The notes beneath the pieces are model-generated. The model was not told the origin of the DNA and did no database searches. It was given only the letters and a program-made list of their open reading frames with translations. This document shows positions 10,215-18,899 of a stretch of DNA of 64,000 nucleotides, piece after piece. How positions within the stretch are numbered: position 1 is the stretch's first letter; each line of letters begins with the position of its first letter. The stretch comes from a virus: IMG/VR virus record IMGVR_UViG_3300037883_000122, positions 34,775 through 98,774 of that record; one strand, 5' to 3'. The translations under genes were made by a program, and so were the position numbers.

Positions 10215-10628
10215 ATGCAACGGTTAACTGCACGTCTGAAGTCCGGCGTCGCAAGTCTCCTGGAATCGTCACTGCCTGGTCGTACCAAGCGACTGATCCT
10301 GTTCACGTCGCTCGCGGCGCGGGCCAAGGAGACTCAAGACCTGGACGTCACGACACTTCGCAAGCTCAACAGTCTTATGGATCTGGCGGGCTCGGAGGAT
10401 GCGATGAAGTGGCCAGCATCGCTTTCTCGCGCGATTTGGGACGGCAAGCGCTCGGTCGACGCCATTGAAATGCTTGGCAAGGGGGGTCCGCTCCCTGAAG
10501 CCACGATCAGAGATCTTGTCCAACAGATCAAAGCCTGCATTCCTCGCTGTTTGCGTTACGGCCGAGAAGGTGATCTGGATGCAGATCTCGAGAAGTTCGT
10601 GCATCACAAGTCGGAAGTGCTGGGTTAA
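10215..10628 (+). CDS. Hypothetical protein
   Basis: GGAG SD before ATG 10215. Ends at a hairpin element. Confidence 0.6.
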   Translation: MQRLTARLKSGVASLLESSLPGRTKRLILFTSLAARAKETQDLDVTTLRKLNSLMDLAGSEDAMKWPASLSRAIWDGKRSVDAIEMLGKGGPLPEATIRDLVQQIKACIPRCLRYGREGDLDADLEKFVHHKSEVLG

Positions 10629-10647
10629 TCCTGGCATCGCGAAGAAG

Positions 10648-10700
10648 GTCATAACCCACTAGCCCGCCCGAACGATTGGGAGAGCTAGTGGGTTTATGCC
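10648..10700. terminator. Bidirectional hairpin GTCATAA-stem-TTTATGCC
   Basis: Stem cccactagc/gctagtggg at a convergent junction. Confidence 0.7.
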
Positions 10701-10701
10701 G

Positions 10702-11526
10702 TTACTTCAGGATCTCGGTGATCTTGTCGACACTGGCGTTCACTGCCGTAGCGTAGGCGAGTACACGGTAGTAGATGACGGAGAAGAACTCGAGCTCGCT
10801 GGCGATCTGGAACGCACCTTCGGCGAGTTCCTGGGCGACTTCGGGTGCGCTCGATTCCAGCTTGCCATCCTTGAGCAGGCTGATGACCTTGTCCATCAAC
10901 TGACCGGCTTCCTTGACCTTGTGGTTCAGGGCCGTACGGTCAACGGAGTTCATCTGCTTGGACAGTGCGTCGACTTCGCCGAAGACGATTTCCCAGTCCT
11001 TGTTGCGCGAGACGACGTCGCCGTACTTGCGCTTGGTCTCGTGGCTGCCAGGTTTGAAGAGCGCGCCCATTTCCTTCAGGATCTGGTCACGTTCCGTTTG
11101 CATGCCCTGGTACACCTGGACGCTGTTCTTCGTCTCGAAGCGCTGGAACTCATTGGTGATGAGCATGGCCAGATACGTGGTGTACGTATTCAGGAGGTCG
11201 CGCACCTTCAGCGCATGGTCAGCGGCTTGATGCAGCACGTTGCCGAGTACGACGAAGTCAGCGTCGAAGCCTTCGGGCACCACCACGGCGAGCGGGCTGA
11301 TGTCGACGAAGTTGTGTTTCTCGACAAGCTTGATGAAGTTGCGTTGATCGCGCGAGAGCGGGATCGGTTTGTCGTTGGCCGAGAAGCGCGCCACGAAGTT
11401 GCTGAAATGCGATTTGATGTCCGGCATGACCTTCTTGAGCATGCTGGTGACATCGAGAGTCTGGACGCTGAAAGTCTCCAGCGCCACGACGTCACGATGG
11501 TGACGCAGAGTTTGAAGCGAGTCCAT
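10702..11526 (-). CDS. Putative head protein with short propeptide
   Basis: AAGGA SD. VALE site near the N-terminus matches the A-x-E prohead protease motif. Confidence 0.6.
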   Translation of the reverse strand: MDSLQTLRHHRDVVALETFSVQTLDVTSMLKKVMPDIKSHFSNFVARFSANDKPIPLSRDQRNFIKLVEKHNFVDISPLAVVVPEGFDADFVVLGNVLHQAADHALKVRDLLNTYTTYLAMLITNEFQRFETKNSVQVYQGMQTERDQILKEMGALFKPGSHETKRKYGDVVSRNKDWEIVFGEVDALSKQMNSVDRTALNHKVKEAGQLMDKVISLLKDGKLESSAPEVAQELAEGAFQIASELEFFSVIYYRVLAYATAVNASVDKITEILK

Positions 11527-11662
11527 AGGTGTCCTTCAGTGTGAAAGAGAACGTGTTTGCCATAACATGCGCGCACGACTTACGCGAGAGTAGTAAATTT
11601 CACCGTCAAACGCCATCATTTGTAAGGCTCTGTTTCCCGTCTCTCTAACAAAAGTCAACGCA

Positions 11663-13093
11663 ATGGAATTTCTCCAACCTAAAATTACTGCTGCGCCGCC
11701 GGTCAAGCTGATGATCAACATCGGGGCGTTGATGGACATCCCGACCGGGACGTATATCGAAGGCCGTCGGGGTGAGCACATCCTGAATGGCGGTCTGGCA
11801 ACGCTCACGGGGGTCGTGGGTATCGGTAACAACTTCAAGTCGACGGTGATGCACTACCAGATGCTCACGGCGATGTCACGCTTCGAACGGGGTTCGGCCA
11901 GCACGTACGACACCGAAGTCAACATTCAGGAATGGCACTTGGCGGAAATGATCCGTCGCGTCGAAGGCCTGCACGAAGAAGACGTGCTGCAAACCGGTCG
12001 CTGGATTATCACCGACAAGACGATGCACACCGGCGATGACTGGTACGCCAAGCAACGCGAGTTCCTGGAAGACAAAGCCAAGAACGCCGCGAAGTGGTCG
12101 GTCGATACGCCGTTCTGGAATCGCGATCGTTCGGGACCACTCAAGATGATCATCCCGACGTTCAACGAGATCGACTCCTTCACGGAATTCGAAACCTCGG
12201 ACGTGATGGACATGCAGGACAAGAACGATCTGGGCGAGTCGGGTGGTAACACCATCCACATGCGTCAAGGTCTGGCCAAGCTGCGCCTGCTGATGGAAGC
12301 ACCGCGCTTGAATGGCCAAGCGAACAACTACTCGCTGATGACGGCGCACATCGGCAAGGAATCGACGATGCAGAATGCGGGCCCAGCAGGCTCGGTTCCG
12401 ATCGTCAAGCTCAAGCACTTGAAGAACGGCGACAAGATCAAGGGCACCACCGACAAGTTCACCTTCATCACGCACAACTGCTGGCATGCGTACAACGCCA
12501 GTCCGTTGATCGCCGCAGACAAGAACGGTCCGGAATACCCGCGTGACTCGGACGACAAGATGAAGCTCGACACGGACTTGAACACGGTCCAGTTGCGCAA
12601 CCTGCGTTCGAAGTCGGGTCCCTCTGGCATGGCGATCACCCTGATCGTCTCGCAGACCGAAGGCGTGTTGCCGTCATTGACCGAATTCCATCACATCCGT
12701 GAACAGGACTACTACGGTCTGGTCGGCAGCAAGATCAACTACGCACTCGCTATCTACCCGGACGTCAAGCTGGGTCGGACCACGGTACGTTCGAAGATCG
12801 ACGAAGATCCGAAGCTGCGTCGTGCGTTGAACATCACATCGGAACTGTGCCAGATGTCGTACATGTGGCATCACCTCGACGACCTGATGTGCACGCCGGA
12901 AGAACTATACAACGACCTGAAGGCGAAGGGTTACGACTGGGACACGCTGCTCAATACGCGCGGCTGGTGGACCACGGATGAAAACCATCCGCTGCCGTTC
13001 CTCTCGACCATGGATCTCTTGCGCATGCGCAAGGGTCTGTACCATCCGTACTGGTACCCGGTCGCCGTAGATGCACTGAAGGCTGCTGCGTAA
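11663..13093 (+). CDS. uvsX: UvsX/RecA-like recombinase
   Basis: Variant Walker A GIGNNFKST, YDTE, Walker B IDSF, LRSKSGPSG, matching the phiKZ-type RecA family. Confidence 0.85.
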   Translation: MEFLQPKITAAPPVKLMINIGALMDIPTGTYIEGRRGEHILNGGLATLTGVVGIGNNFKSTVMHYQMLTAMSRFERGSASTYDTEVNIQEWHLAEMIRRVEGLHEEDVLQTGRWIITDKTMHTGDDWYAKQREFLEDKAKNAAKWSVDTPFWNRDRSGPLKMIIPTFNEIDSFTEFETSDVMDMQDKNDLGESGGNTIHMRQGLAKLRLLMEAPRLNGQANNYSLMTAHIGKESTMQNAGPAGSVPIVKLKHLKNGDKIKGTTDKFTFITHNCWHAYNASPLIAADKNGPEYPRDSDDKMKLDTDLNTVQLRNLRSKSGPSGMAITLIVSQTEGVLPSLTEFHHIREQDYYGLVGSKINYALAIYPDVKLGRTTVRSKIDEDPKLRRALNITSELCQMSYMWHHLDDLMCTPEELYNDLKAKGYDWDTLLNTRGWWTTDENHPLPFLSTMDLLRMRKGLYHPYWYPVAVDALKAAA

Positions 13094-13260
13094 TGGCACG
13101 CCTGACGCGCTGGATCAAAGAAGCGCTTTGCAAGCACTCGAAACGCACGATGGTGAAGACCGATCTGGTTCTCGCTCAGCACGTGTGTGACGAGTGCGGC
13201 AAGCGGATCGTCGAACCTTACAATGGCTTCAAAGCCCTGGGTCAGTATGAGCGAAAATAA
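13093..13260 (+). CDS. 55-aa putative zinc-ribbon microprotein
   Basis: TAATG coupling to uvsX. MARLTRWIKEALCKH...HVCDECGKR. Below the ORF-track cutoff. Confidence 0.65.
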   Translation: MARLTRWIKEALCKHSKRTMVKTDLVLAQHVCDECGKRIVEPYNGFKALGQYERK

Positions 13261-13534
13261 GCAAGAAATTCCTGTGGTGTCGCCGGTCAAGTTCATGATC
13301 AATGACGTGGTCGAGCACATCAAGTCTGGCGGCATCTACGTGGTCGCTGGATTGCCGACGGAATACGTGATCGAGGCGACCCGTGAACCGGCCTACGCCT
13401 ACCGCATGAAAGACGGTCGCGTCTGTATTCGCTGTCAGAGCGAGTTCGAAGACGGCCGTTTCGAATATCGTGGCCGGGCCGACGGCTCGACCTATCCCAG
13501 AGAAATCATCCGCGGGATTCATCCCCGCGTGTAG
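13247..13534 (+). CDS. DUF1653-like small protein
   Basis: Pattern HIKSGGIYVV...YAY...GRVCIR...EFEDGRF. Confidence 0.55.
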   Translation: MSENKQEIPVVSPVKFMINDVVEHIKSGGIYVVAGLPTEYVIEATREPAYAYRMKDGRVCIRCQSEFEDGRFEYRGRADGSTYPREIIRGIHPRV

Positions 13535-13544
13535 GAGCACCAAC

Positions 13545-13913
13545 ATGAATACCGGCATTGCCCTGAATCCCGAACAAGCTGCACAAGAAGCACAAGCACC
13601 TGCAGCGCCCACGCTCGAAGCCAACCTGGTCGATTACGTTACCAACCGTCTGAGCGAGAGCGGTCACCCGAATCCGAGCTACTGGCAAGGCGGCCTGCAT
13701 CCCGATGCGTTTACGACGCACGAGTTTGGCATTCACCGCTTTCTCGTGAACCGTCAACTGCGTCTGGTCCTGGGCAACCTCCAAGCCAACACGACCCAGG
13801 AGCGTTTCTGCCTGGTCGACGGCGGTACGGCCGATGACTGGAAGCGCCTCTTCGAGGACAAGATCCTGCCGTGCCTGATCAAAAACGCACCCCAATCGGC
13901 TGCCGCGAACTAA
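13545..13913 (+). CDS. Hypothetical protein
   Basis: AGGAG SD, ATG 13545, strong codon bias. Confidence 0.75.
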   Translation: MNTGIALNPEQAAQEAQAPAAPTLEANLVDYVTNRLSESGHPNPSYWQGGLHPDAFTTHEFGIHRFLVNRQLRLVLGNLQANTTQERFCLVDGGTADDWKRLFEDKILPCLIKNAPQSAAAN

Positions 13914-13947
13914 GGCATCCGCGACTGACGTACGACGGCAGTGCTGG

Positions 13948-14422
13948 ATGGCAGATTAGTCGAGAGTCCTGCACCACTGACATCTACGATGCGATCATCA
14001 TCGTAACCGGCAGCTGGAACTTTAACGATTACGATTTGTTCTGTGATTGTTTAGAGCGACGGCTGCTCCGAGATGATCTCGTCGACCTGCCTCTGATTTG
14101 TTTTGTGTCCTGTAAGGCCAGCAAGGGCGCTGATGATATGATTATCCGCTGGTGCCAAGAGAACGGCTTCCCGTGGGCAGAGTTTCCTGCCGACCGGAAT
14201 CAAGGCCGTAGCGCAGAGTTTGCGTGTAATGCTCAAACGGCACAAGTGGGAACCCATCTCATCGCCTACTGGGACGGAGTGTCACCTGTAACTCGCCATA
14301 TGTTCAAGCTCTGTGAAAGTCAGGGCTTAGCTGTGAGCGTGAACCTGGTGGACCCGGACCTGGACTGGCAAGAAAGGACCACGACATCATGGCAGGCAAC
14401 CGCAAGGCCGCAGAGGCTGTAA
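13948..14422 (+). pseudogene. Degenerate SLOG/DUF2493-like protein lacking a clean in-frame start
   Basis: IIVTGS..FNDY, KGADD, FPAD, LIAYWDGVSPVTRHM match the SLOG pattern, but conserved Gly/Arg positions are substituted. The nearest ATG (13948) is out of frame by one base. Confidence 0.5.
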
Positions 14423-15057
14423 TTCTCGAATGGATCGAGAAATTGATCCCGGACTCGGGTAACCGAGATCTGTACGCGAACCTCTTCGCGGGAATGGATG
14501 ACGCAGCGTTTGCTGTGTGGATGGAAAAGCTCGAGCGACAGGAGATTCGGCTGGCAGTGGTTGCGCCGAACCTGGCGAAGTCGTCGCTGGACATCGATCG
14601 GAACCTGAAGCTGGCTGACGAACTGGGCCATAACTTCTTCGAACGGATTCTGATCGACAATGGCAACGATATTCCGCCGTATCTCTCACCGGTTCGCTAC
14701 TTGGTGGTTGATCTCCCCCTGCGCCGTCAAGCGCAGCTCCTGGTCAAGAAGATCTCGATTCCTGAGGACACTAAGTCCGTGGATGACTTTACCGGCCAGC
14801 CGACCGGCAAGTCCAAGGGCTCGAAGATCTCCTATCCAGAGACCCAGATCATGGCTGCACTTAATCTGGATGCCAACCTCACCGAGATGCTTAAGTATCG
14901 CGGCGGCGACGAGAAGGGCTTTGACGCCCTCAACTCCTCCATCAGTAAAACTGGTGGTGTGTCGCTGCAATCGATCGAGAAGCTCGGCACCCAAGTGAAG
15001 TCGACGCAGACTCTGTCCATCATCCTCACTTGCATGCACCTTGAGAACACGTTGTGA
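14389..15057 (+). CDS. Virion RNA polymerase beta subunit, C-terminal part (phiKZ gp149-like)
   Basis: RRQAQLLVKK...TGQPTGKSKGSKISYPE...EMLKYRGGD corresponds to the RpoB C-terminal QQP-GG/E/SDD region. Confidence 0.85.
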   Translation: MAGNRKAAEAVILEWIEKLIPDSGNRDLYANLFAGMDDAAFAVWMEKLERQEIRLAVVAPNLAKSSLDIDRNLKLADELGHNFFERILIDNGNDIPPYLSPVRYLVVDLPLRRQAQLLVKKISIPEDTKSVDDFTGQPTGKSKGSKISYPETQIMAALNLDANLTEMLKYRGGDEKGFDALNSSISKTGGVSLQSIEKLGTQVKSTQTLSIILTCMHLENTL

Positions 15058-15173
15058 TGGAAGAAGATCCGAACTCTCCGTGGTATGAGGATTCATGCGA
15101 CCGGGATGATCTGTTTCTCGTCTGTCTGATCCTCGAGGTCATTCTCATCGGGCTACTGAAAGCCTGGTCTTAG
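15057..15173 (+). CDS. 38-aa single-TM peptide
   Basis: TGATG coupling. Acidic N-terminus followed by LFLVCLILEVILIGLL. Confidence 0.45.
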   Translation: MEEDPNSPWYEDSCDRDDLFLVCLILEVILIGLLKAWS

Positions 15174-15181
15174 GAGCAAAG

Positions 15182-15283
15182 ATGTCCGAAGTTCATAAAC
15201 GCGTGATGGCACAGATCCGTGCATGGAAACTCATGTACGACTCCCAGCCCTGTCGCGTCATCGTTACACCGAAACAGCAATGA
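15182..15283 (+). CDS. 33-aa peptide
   Basis: AGGAG SD, ATGA overlap with the next gene. Confidence 0.45.
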   Translation: MSEVHKRVMAQIRAWKLMYDSQPCRVIVTPKQQ

Positions 15284-15663
15284 ACATCAATGTCGCGTTT
15301 GTCGACAAATGGATCACGCTCGAACTGGCCGCAGTGCTCTCAGCAGAGCCTGCGCCAGTTCAGCCTCTTGATCCACCCAGGAAGGAAATGGGTTTTTATG
15401 CCCTGCATTTTCCGGAACATGATTACGTGTACTTTGGCGAGGCTGGTGACTTGGCTTTTGCTAAAGCGAATCACCTGTACAAGCTCAGATGCAATAAACA
15501 TGATCAGCCGGAACTACAACAGGCTTATAACGACGATCCGCAGGGCAAGGTCCTCTTCTTCACGATTCCTACGCAAACTCGTGAAACAGGACGGCGGATT
15601 CTCGAGCAATTTCTGAAAGCCTACGAAGGGCAAGAGAAGCTTTTGAATGGGGGTATGAAGTGA
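15280..15663 (+). CDS. Degenerate stand-alone GIY-YIG-like protein
   Basis: GFYALHF...YVYFGE...H...LQQAYN...LEQ...LLN. ATGA-coupled at both ends. Confidence 0.65.
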   Translation: MNINVAFVDKWITLELAAVLSAEPAPVQPLDPPRKEMGFYALHFPEHDYVYFGEAGDLAFAKANHLYKLRCNKHDQPELQQAYNDDPQGKVLFFTIPTQTRETGRRILEQFLKAYEGQEKLLNGGMK

Positions 15664-16232
15664 ATGGATTAGCACGTAGTCAACGTGAGCAACCGGTGGA
15701 CCCGACGGTGTTCGTCAATGACGACATGGAAACCGTAGCAGGGGCTTTCCAGGAAGCATTCAAGACAGTACTGGCACAGTACCTGAATGAGGAGCAGCTA
15801 GTCGCTGTCAAGACCTTTGTGACTAAGGTCGTGGTGGAAGAGAAGCCCTGGATGTGGTCTTCTCCGGAAGGCGTAGAACACTTGCTGGACCTGGTGATGG
15901 TCGACGAGCTGATCCGCGACTTTGTGATGACCTTGGCCTTCACGTTTTTCGCACGCTGGGGCGAGGCAAGTGTTAAATTTACTGGGTTGACTGATGCATT
16001 GAGCTGGGGTACGTCAGCAGACAATGACAACGGTGATGATCGACAGCTGGTTCTCATGCCAGACGTCATCAATTCTCGTTTGACCCAGCAAGCTGATGTG
16101 AAAAAATACCTAGCCGCTAATAAGTGGGTAGTGACTCTTCTGTTGATCAAGTTGTTCGTCATACCACCAGGACCGGACGAACCGCCTGCTCGCAAGAAAC
16201 AGCCAACCATAACAGGTTTTCAACAACAGTAA
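15660..16232 (+). CDS. Hypothetical protein
   Basis: ORF coupled to the upstream gene. Confidence 0.7.
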   Translation: MNGLARSQREQPVDPTVFVNDDMETVAGAFQEAFKTVLAQYLNEEQLVAVKTFVTKVVVEEKPWMWSSPEGVEHLLDLVMVDELIRDFVMTLAFTFFARWGEASVKFTGLTDALSWGTSADNDNGDDRQLVLMPDVINSRLTQQADVKKYLAANKWVVTLLLIKLFVIPPGPDEPPARKKQPTITGFQQQ

Positions 16233-16273
16233 CCGGGGGTCCAGCCGAATCCGCTAATGGCTGGGCTTGATGA

Positions 16274-17014
16274 ATGAGTCAGAAAGCAGTTGCCGTAGTC
16301 TACGCCGAGCTAGACGCTTTGCTAGACACGCGTGCAGGAACACTGGCTCGCTTGAGCCAGGAAGTAGCAGCTGAAGTCTTACGCGGTAACTACCACAAAC
16401 GTGAATCCGACCAATTCGCGGGTGTGGACATGAAGGCCTACCGGGTCCTTTATGCGAAACGGGATGTCGAAACGCTTAAAGCGTCACGTCCTACCAAGGC
16501 GCTGCTCCTCATGAGCGCACTTGTCCGGTATTTGAAGGAACAGGCGACTGTACGTCCGTACCATGAGACTACGAAAGTCGTCGTCAACACGTTCCCGTAC
16601 AAGCTGGACAGAGATGAAGAAGCTGAGTTGGGCACGGTCATTGCGACCTGGATTTCAGGGCTCGCGCCGGTTGAGCTCGTACATATGCGCCCACATGAGC
16701 TTACTCCTCTGTACATCAAACAGCAGTCGTATTCGAGTATGTTGATGTACGAGTACGATGAATGGATGAGTCTGCATTACGCAGCCGACAATAAGCACGC
16801 AAAGCCTATCCAAGATGTTGCTATATTCGCACCAGCGATATACTTCGCGGAAAAGCCCAGCGATGAAGAAGTTCAGCAAGCGATCGACATTGCAGCCCAT
16901 CCACTGCAAGCTGTTGAAATCTTGGCGAGATCCCTCGTGGGTCTCAACTTGATTGATGTCGAATACTTCAGCATCATTCGACCTTCCGGACCGACACAAG
17001 GCCCCGTACACTAG
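16274..17014 (+). CDS. Hypothetical protein, possibly inactive HAD-fold
   Basis: N-terminal VYAELDALLDTR resembles a degenerate DxDxxL motif. Confidence 0.55.
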   Translation: MSQKAVAVVYAELDALLDTRAGTLARLSQEVAAEVLRGNYHKRESDQFAGVDMKAYRVLYAKRDVETLKASRPTKALLLMSALVRYLKEQATVRPYHETTKVVVNTFPYKLDRDEEAELGTVIATWISGLAPVELVHMRPHELTPLYIKQQSYSSMLMYEYDEWMSLHYAADNKHAKPIQDVAIFAPAIYFAEKPSDEEVQQAIDIAAHPLQAVEILARSLVGLNLIDVEYFSIIRPSGPTQGPVH

Positions 17015-17071
17015 ACCCCACTTGTGAGCGGTCTAGTGTATGGAGCACCGTATAGGTCAACGGATCGGGTT

Positions 17072-17521
17072 TCAGCTGGTTGCGTTCTCTTCGGGAGCGA
17101 ACTGAGCGTGGAACGAATCGAAGTCTTGCTGAGCGGGGTTGGTAGCAACCTCGCCTTCGACGAGTACAGGATCAGGCACATCGCTTCCAAGCGCAGGTAC
17201 CTCCCTCGGGACAGGTACAGGAGCTTGGAAGGTATTGCCGCCAGAGCCCATTTGACGCAGGAGCTCGGCGATGTTCGCCGCCATGCCTTCCTGGTTTTGA
17301 GTCTGTTGTTCTTCCACGCGGATCTTCATCTTGCCCAAGGCCTGACGATCCATGCCGTCGAGCGTTTGGTTCAGCGTGTTGATGACCTTCGGGTCCTGCA
17401 GATTCTCCAGATCCTTTACCAGCGAAGTGACGATCTGTTTACGAATCCCTTGGGTGTAGTCGAGGACGGCTTCGTCAGCATCCTGACGCCCGACCACTTC
17501 GACTTCTGTTTGTTGAGACAT
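17072..17521 (-). CDS. Hypothetical acidic protein
   Basis: GAGGA SD before ATG at 17521. Confidence 0.7.
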   Translation of the reverse strand: MSQQTEVEVVGRQDADEAVLDYTQGIRKQIVTSLVKDLENLQDPKVINTLNQTLDGMDRQALGKMKIRVEEQQTQNQEGMAANIAELLRQMGSGGNTFQAPVPVPREVPALGSDVPDPVLVEGEVATNPAQQDFDSFHAQFAPEENATS

Positions 17522-17544
17522 GATCGAGTCCTCAGAATAAAAAT

Positions 17545-17557
17545 AGACATATATTAC
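17545..17557 (+). promoter_or_regulatory. phiKZ-type early promoter AGACATATATTAC
   Basis: TATTAC core in an AT-rich intergenic region. The same motif occurs at 39589, 58427 and 63037. Confidence 0.7.
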
Positions 17558-17671
17558 CAACTAAGAAGAATGGTAAATCTGTCCTTATCAGATGCCCCAC
17601 AAAACGGGGGCGGTGTCATAGTATCCGGTAAGAATCCACGCACATACGACGTTTTACAACAAGAGGAAACC

Positions 17672-18217
17672 ATGAAGTTGCTCGATTGGTTGTTGGCGCT
17701 CTTTGAAGAGAAGGGCGTACTTGGTCCAAAAGAACACTACGCTGCACTGCAGCTGAAGTATCAGGACCAATCCGTGTTCAAGCCTAACCGCAAGCAATGC
17801 GCGGAATTGCTAGGGTTGCTTGATCCACAACAGTATCTGAATTACGATCCGCATTACGGGCGTTCGATCACGCTCAGTGCGGAGACCCCTAATCTCGAAG
17901 CCTTCACCAAGAAGCTTCAAGATGCCTCGGCGATGGTGATCCGTGAATACCGGATTCCCAATGACTGGGTGCGCACGGATGAAGTCGTCGTACCGTTTGA
18001 CAAGCTGTTCATCGGCGTGGATGGTTGTTACATCACCGACTTCACACAGGCTGTCGCGAAGTTCAAGACAGCAGCCTCTCGACTGTGTGATTTGATGGAA
18101 GCCTCGGACGATGCAACGCACGGCATCCACGAGCACAACCTGCGCATGCTTTCTCGACTCTTTGTCCAGATGCGCGACTTGACGACCTCGATGTTGGAGG
18201 TCTCTTTACAACAGTAG
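17672..18217 (+). CDS. Hypothetical protein (true start 17672, not 17024)
   Basis: GAGGA SD. The upstream extension in the track overlaps a minus-strand gene. Confidence 0.7.
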   Translation: MKLLDWLLALFEEKGVLGPKEHYAALQLKYQDQSVFKPNRKQCAELLGLLDPQQYLNYDPHYGRSITLSAETPNLEAFTKKLQDASAMVIREYRIPNDWVRTDEVVVPFDKLFIGVDGCYITDFTQAVAKFKTAASRLCDLMEASDDATHGIHEHNLRMLSRLFVQMRDLTTSMLEVSLQQ

Positions 18218-18257
18218 TTTACAACTAGCAGTTACAACAGTTACAAGCGAGGCTACA

Positions 18258-18689
18258 ATGGCTAAAAACCAGATGGCGAATATTCTCGCCAAGACAGACA
18301 AGGACATTGGCAACACGTCCATGGCGAACGGGGTCCTCTCGCGTCTGTTCCGTAAGATGCTGATGACGATGAATGTCAACGAGAATCGTTGGAACCTGCT
18401 GATGCATGCGTTCCTCAACGATGCGCGTAACGGTATTCCTCAGACTCGCAAGGATCAGACTAGCATGCGAGGTAACCTCACCAAGGAGTTTGCGCGGCCG
18501 CAGATGACTTGGAAGGTATTTTGCAAGGCCATGATGTTCATGCAGTTTACGCGATTCGAGGTGTGTATCATTGCCCGCACTGCTTCTGGTAAAGAAGTGG
18601 CGTTCAGCACTGAGGTGAACCTCGGCGACCGGAGCAGCGGCAACCTTCAATCCCTGGCCGAGCCCGAGAAAGGAGACAAGGACGAGTGA
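18258..18689 (+). CDS. Hypothetical protein
   Basis: GAGG SD, codon bias. Confidence 0.75.
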   Translation: MAKNQMANILAKTDKDIGNTSMANGVLSRLFRKMLMTMNVNENRWNLLMHAFLNDARNGIPQTRKDQTSMRGNLTKEFARPQMTWKVFCKAMMFMQFTRFEVCIIARTASGKEVAFSTEVNLGDRSSGNLQSLAEPEKGDKDE

Positions 18690-18899
18690 ATACTTGACCG
18701 GCTCCTTATTTCCCGAGCTGCTGGACTCGGGTGACTAATTTATCGCGAGGAAAGCGAGATGTTGAATGATCGCGAAAAGAAGTTGCGCACGCGTCGCCGC
18801 ATGGTTAGTGAACAGCACCAGCTGGACATTGAGCACGCCCATCCGCGCGAACGCACGAACACTACAACAAAGTCGGGCGCGAAGCCCGCGGAGAAATCC

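Noticed and set aside
11807-11845. Atypical Walker A (GIGNNFKST) as a sign of an inactive recombinase
   Set aside because: As I recall, this variant is typical of phiKZ-type UvsX proteins.
17024-17671. N-terminal extension of the 397-aa ORF
   Set aside because: It overlaps a credible minus-strand gene and a promoter. The SD supports a start at 17672.
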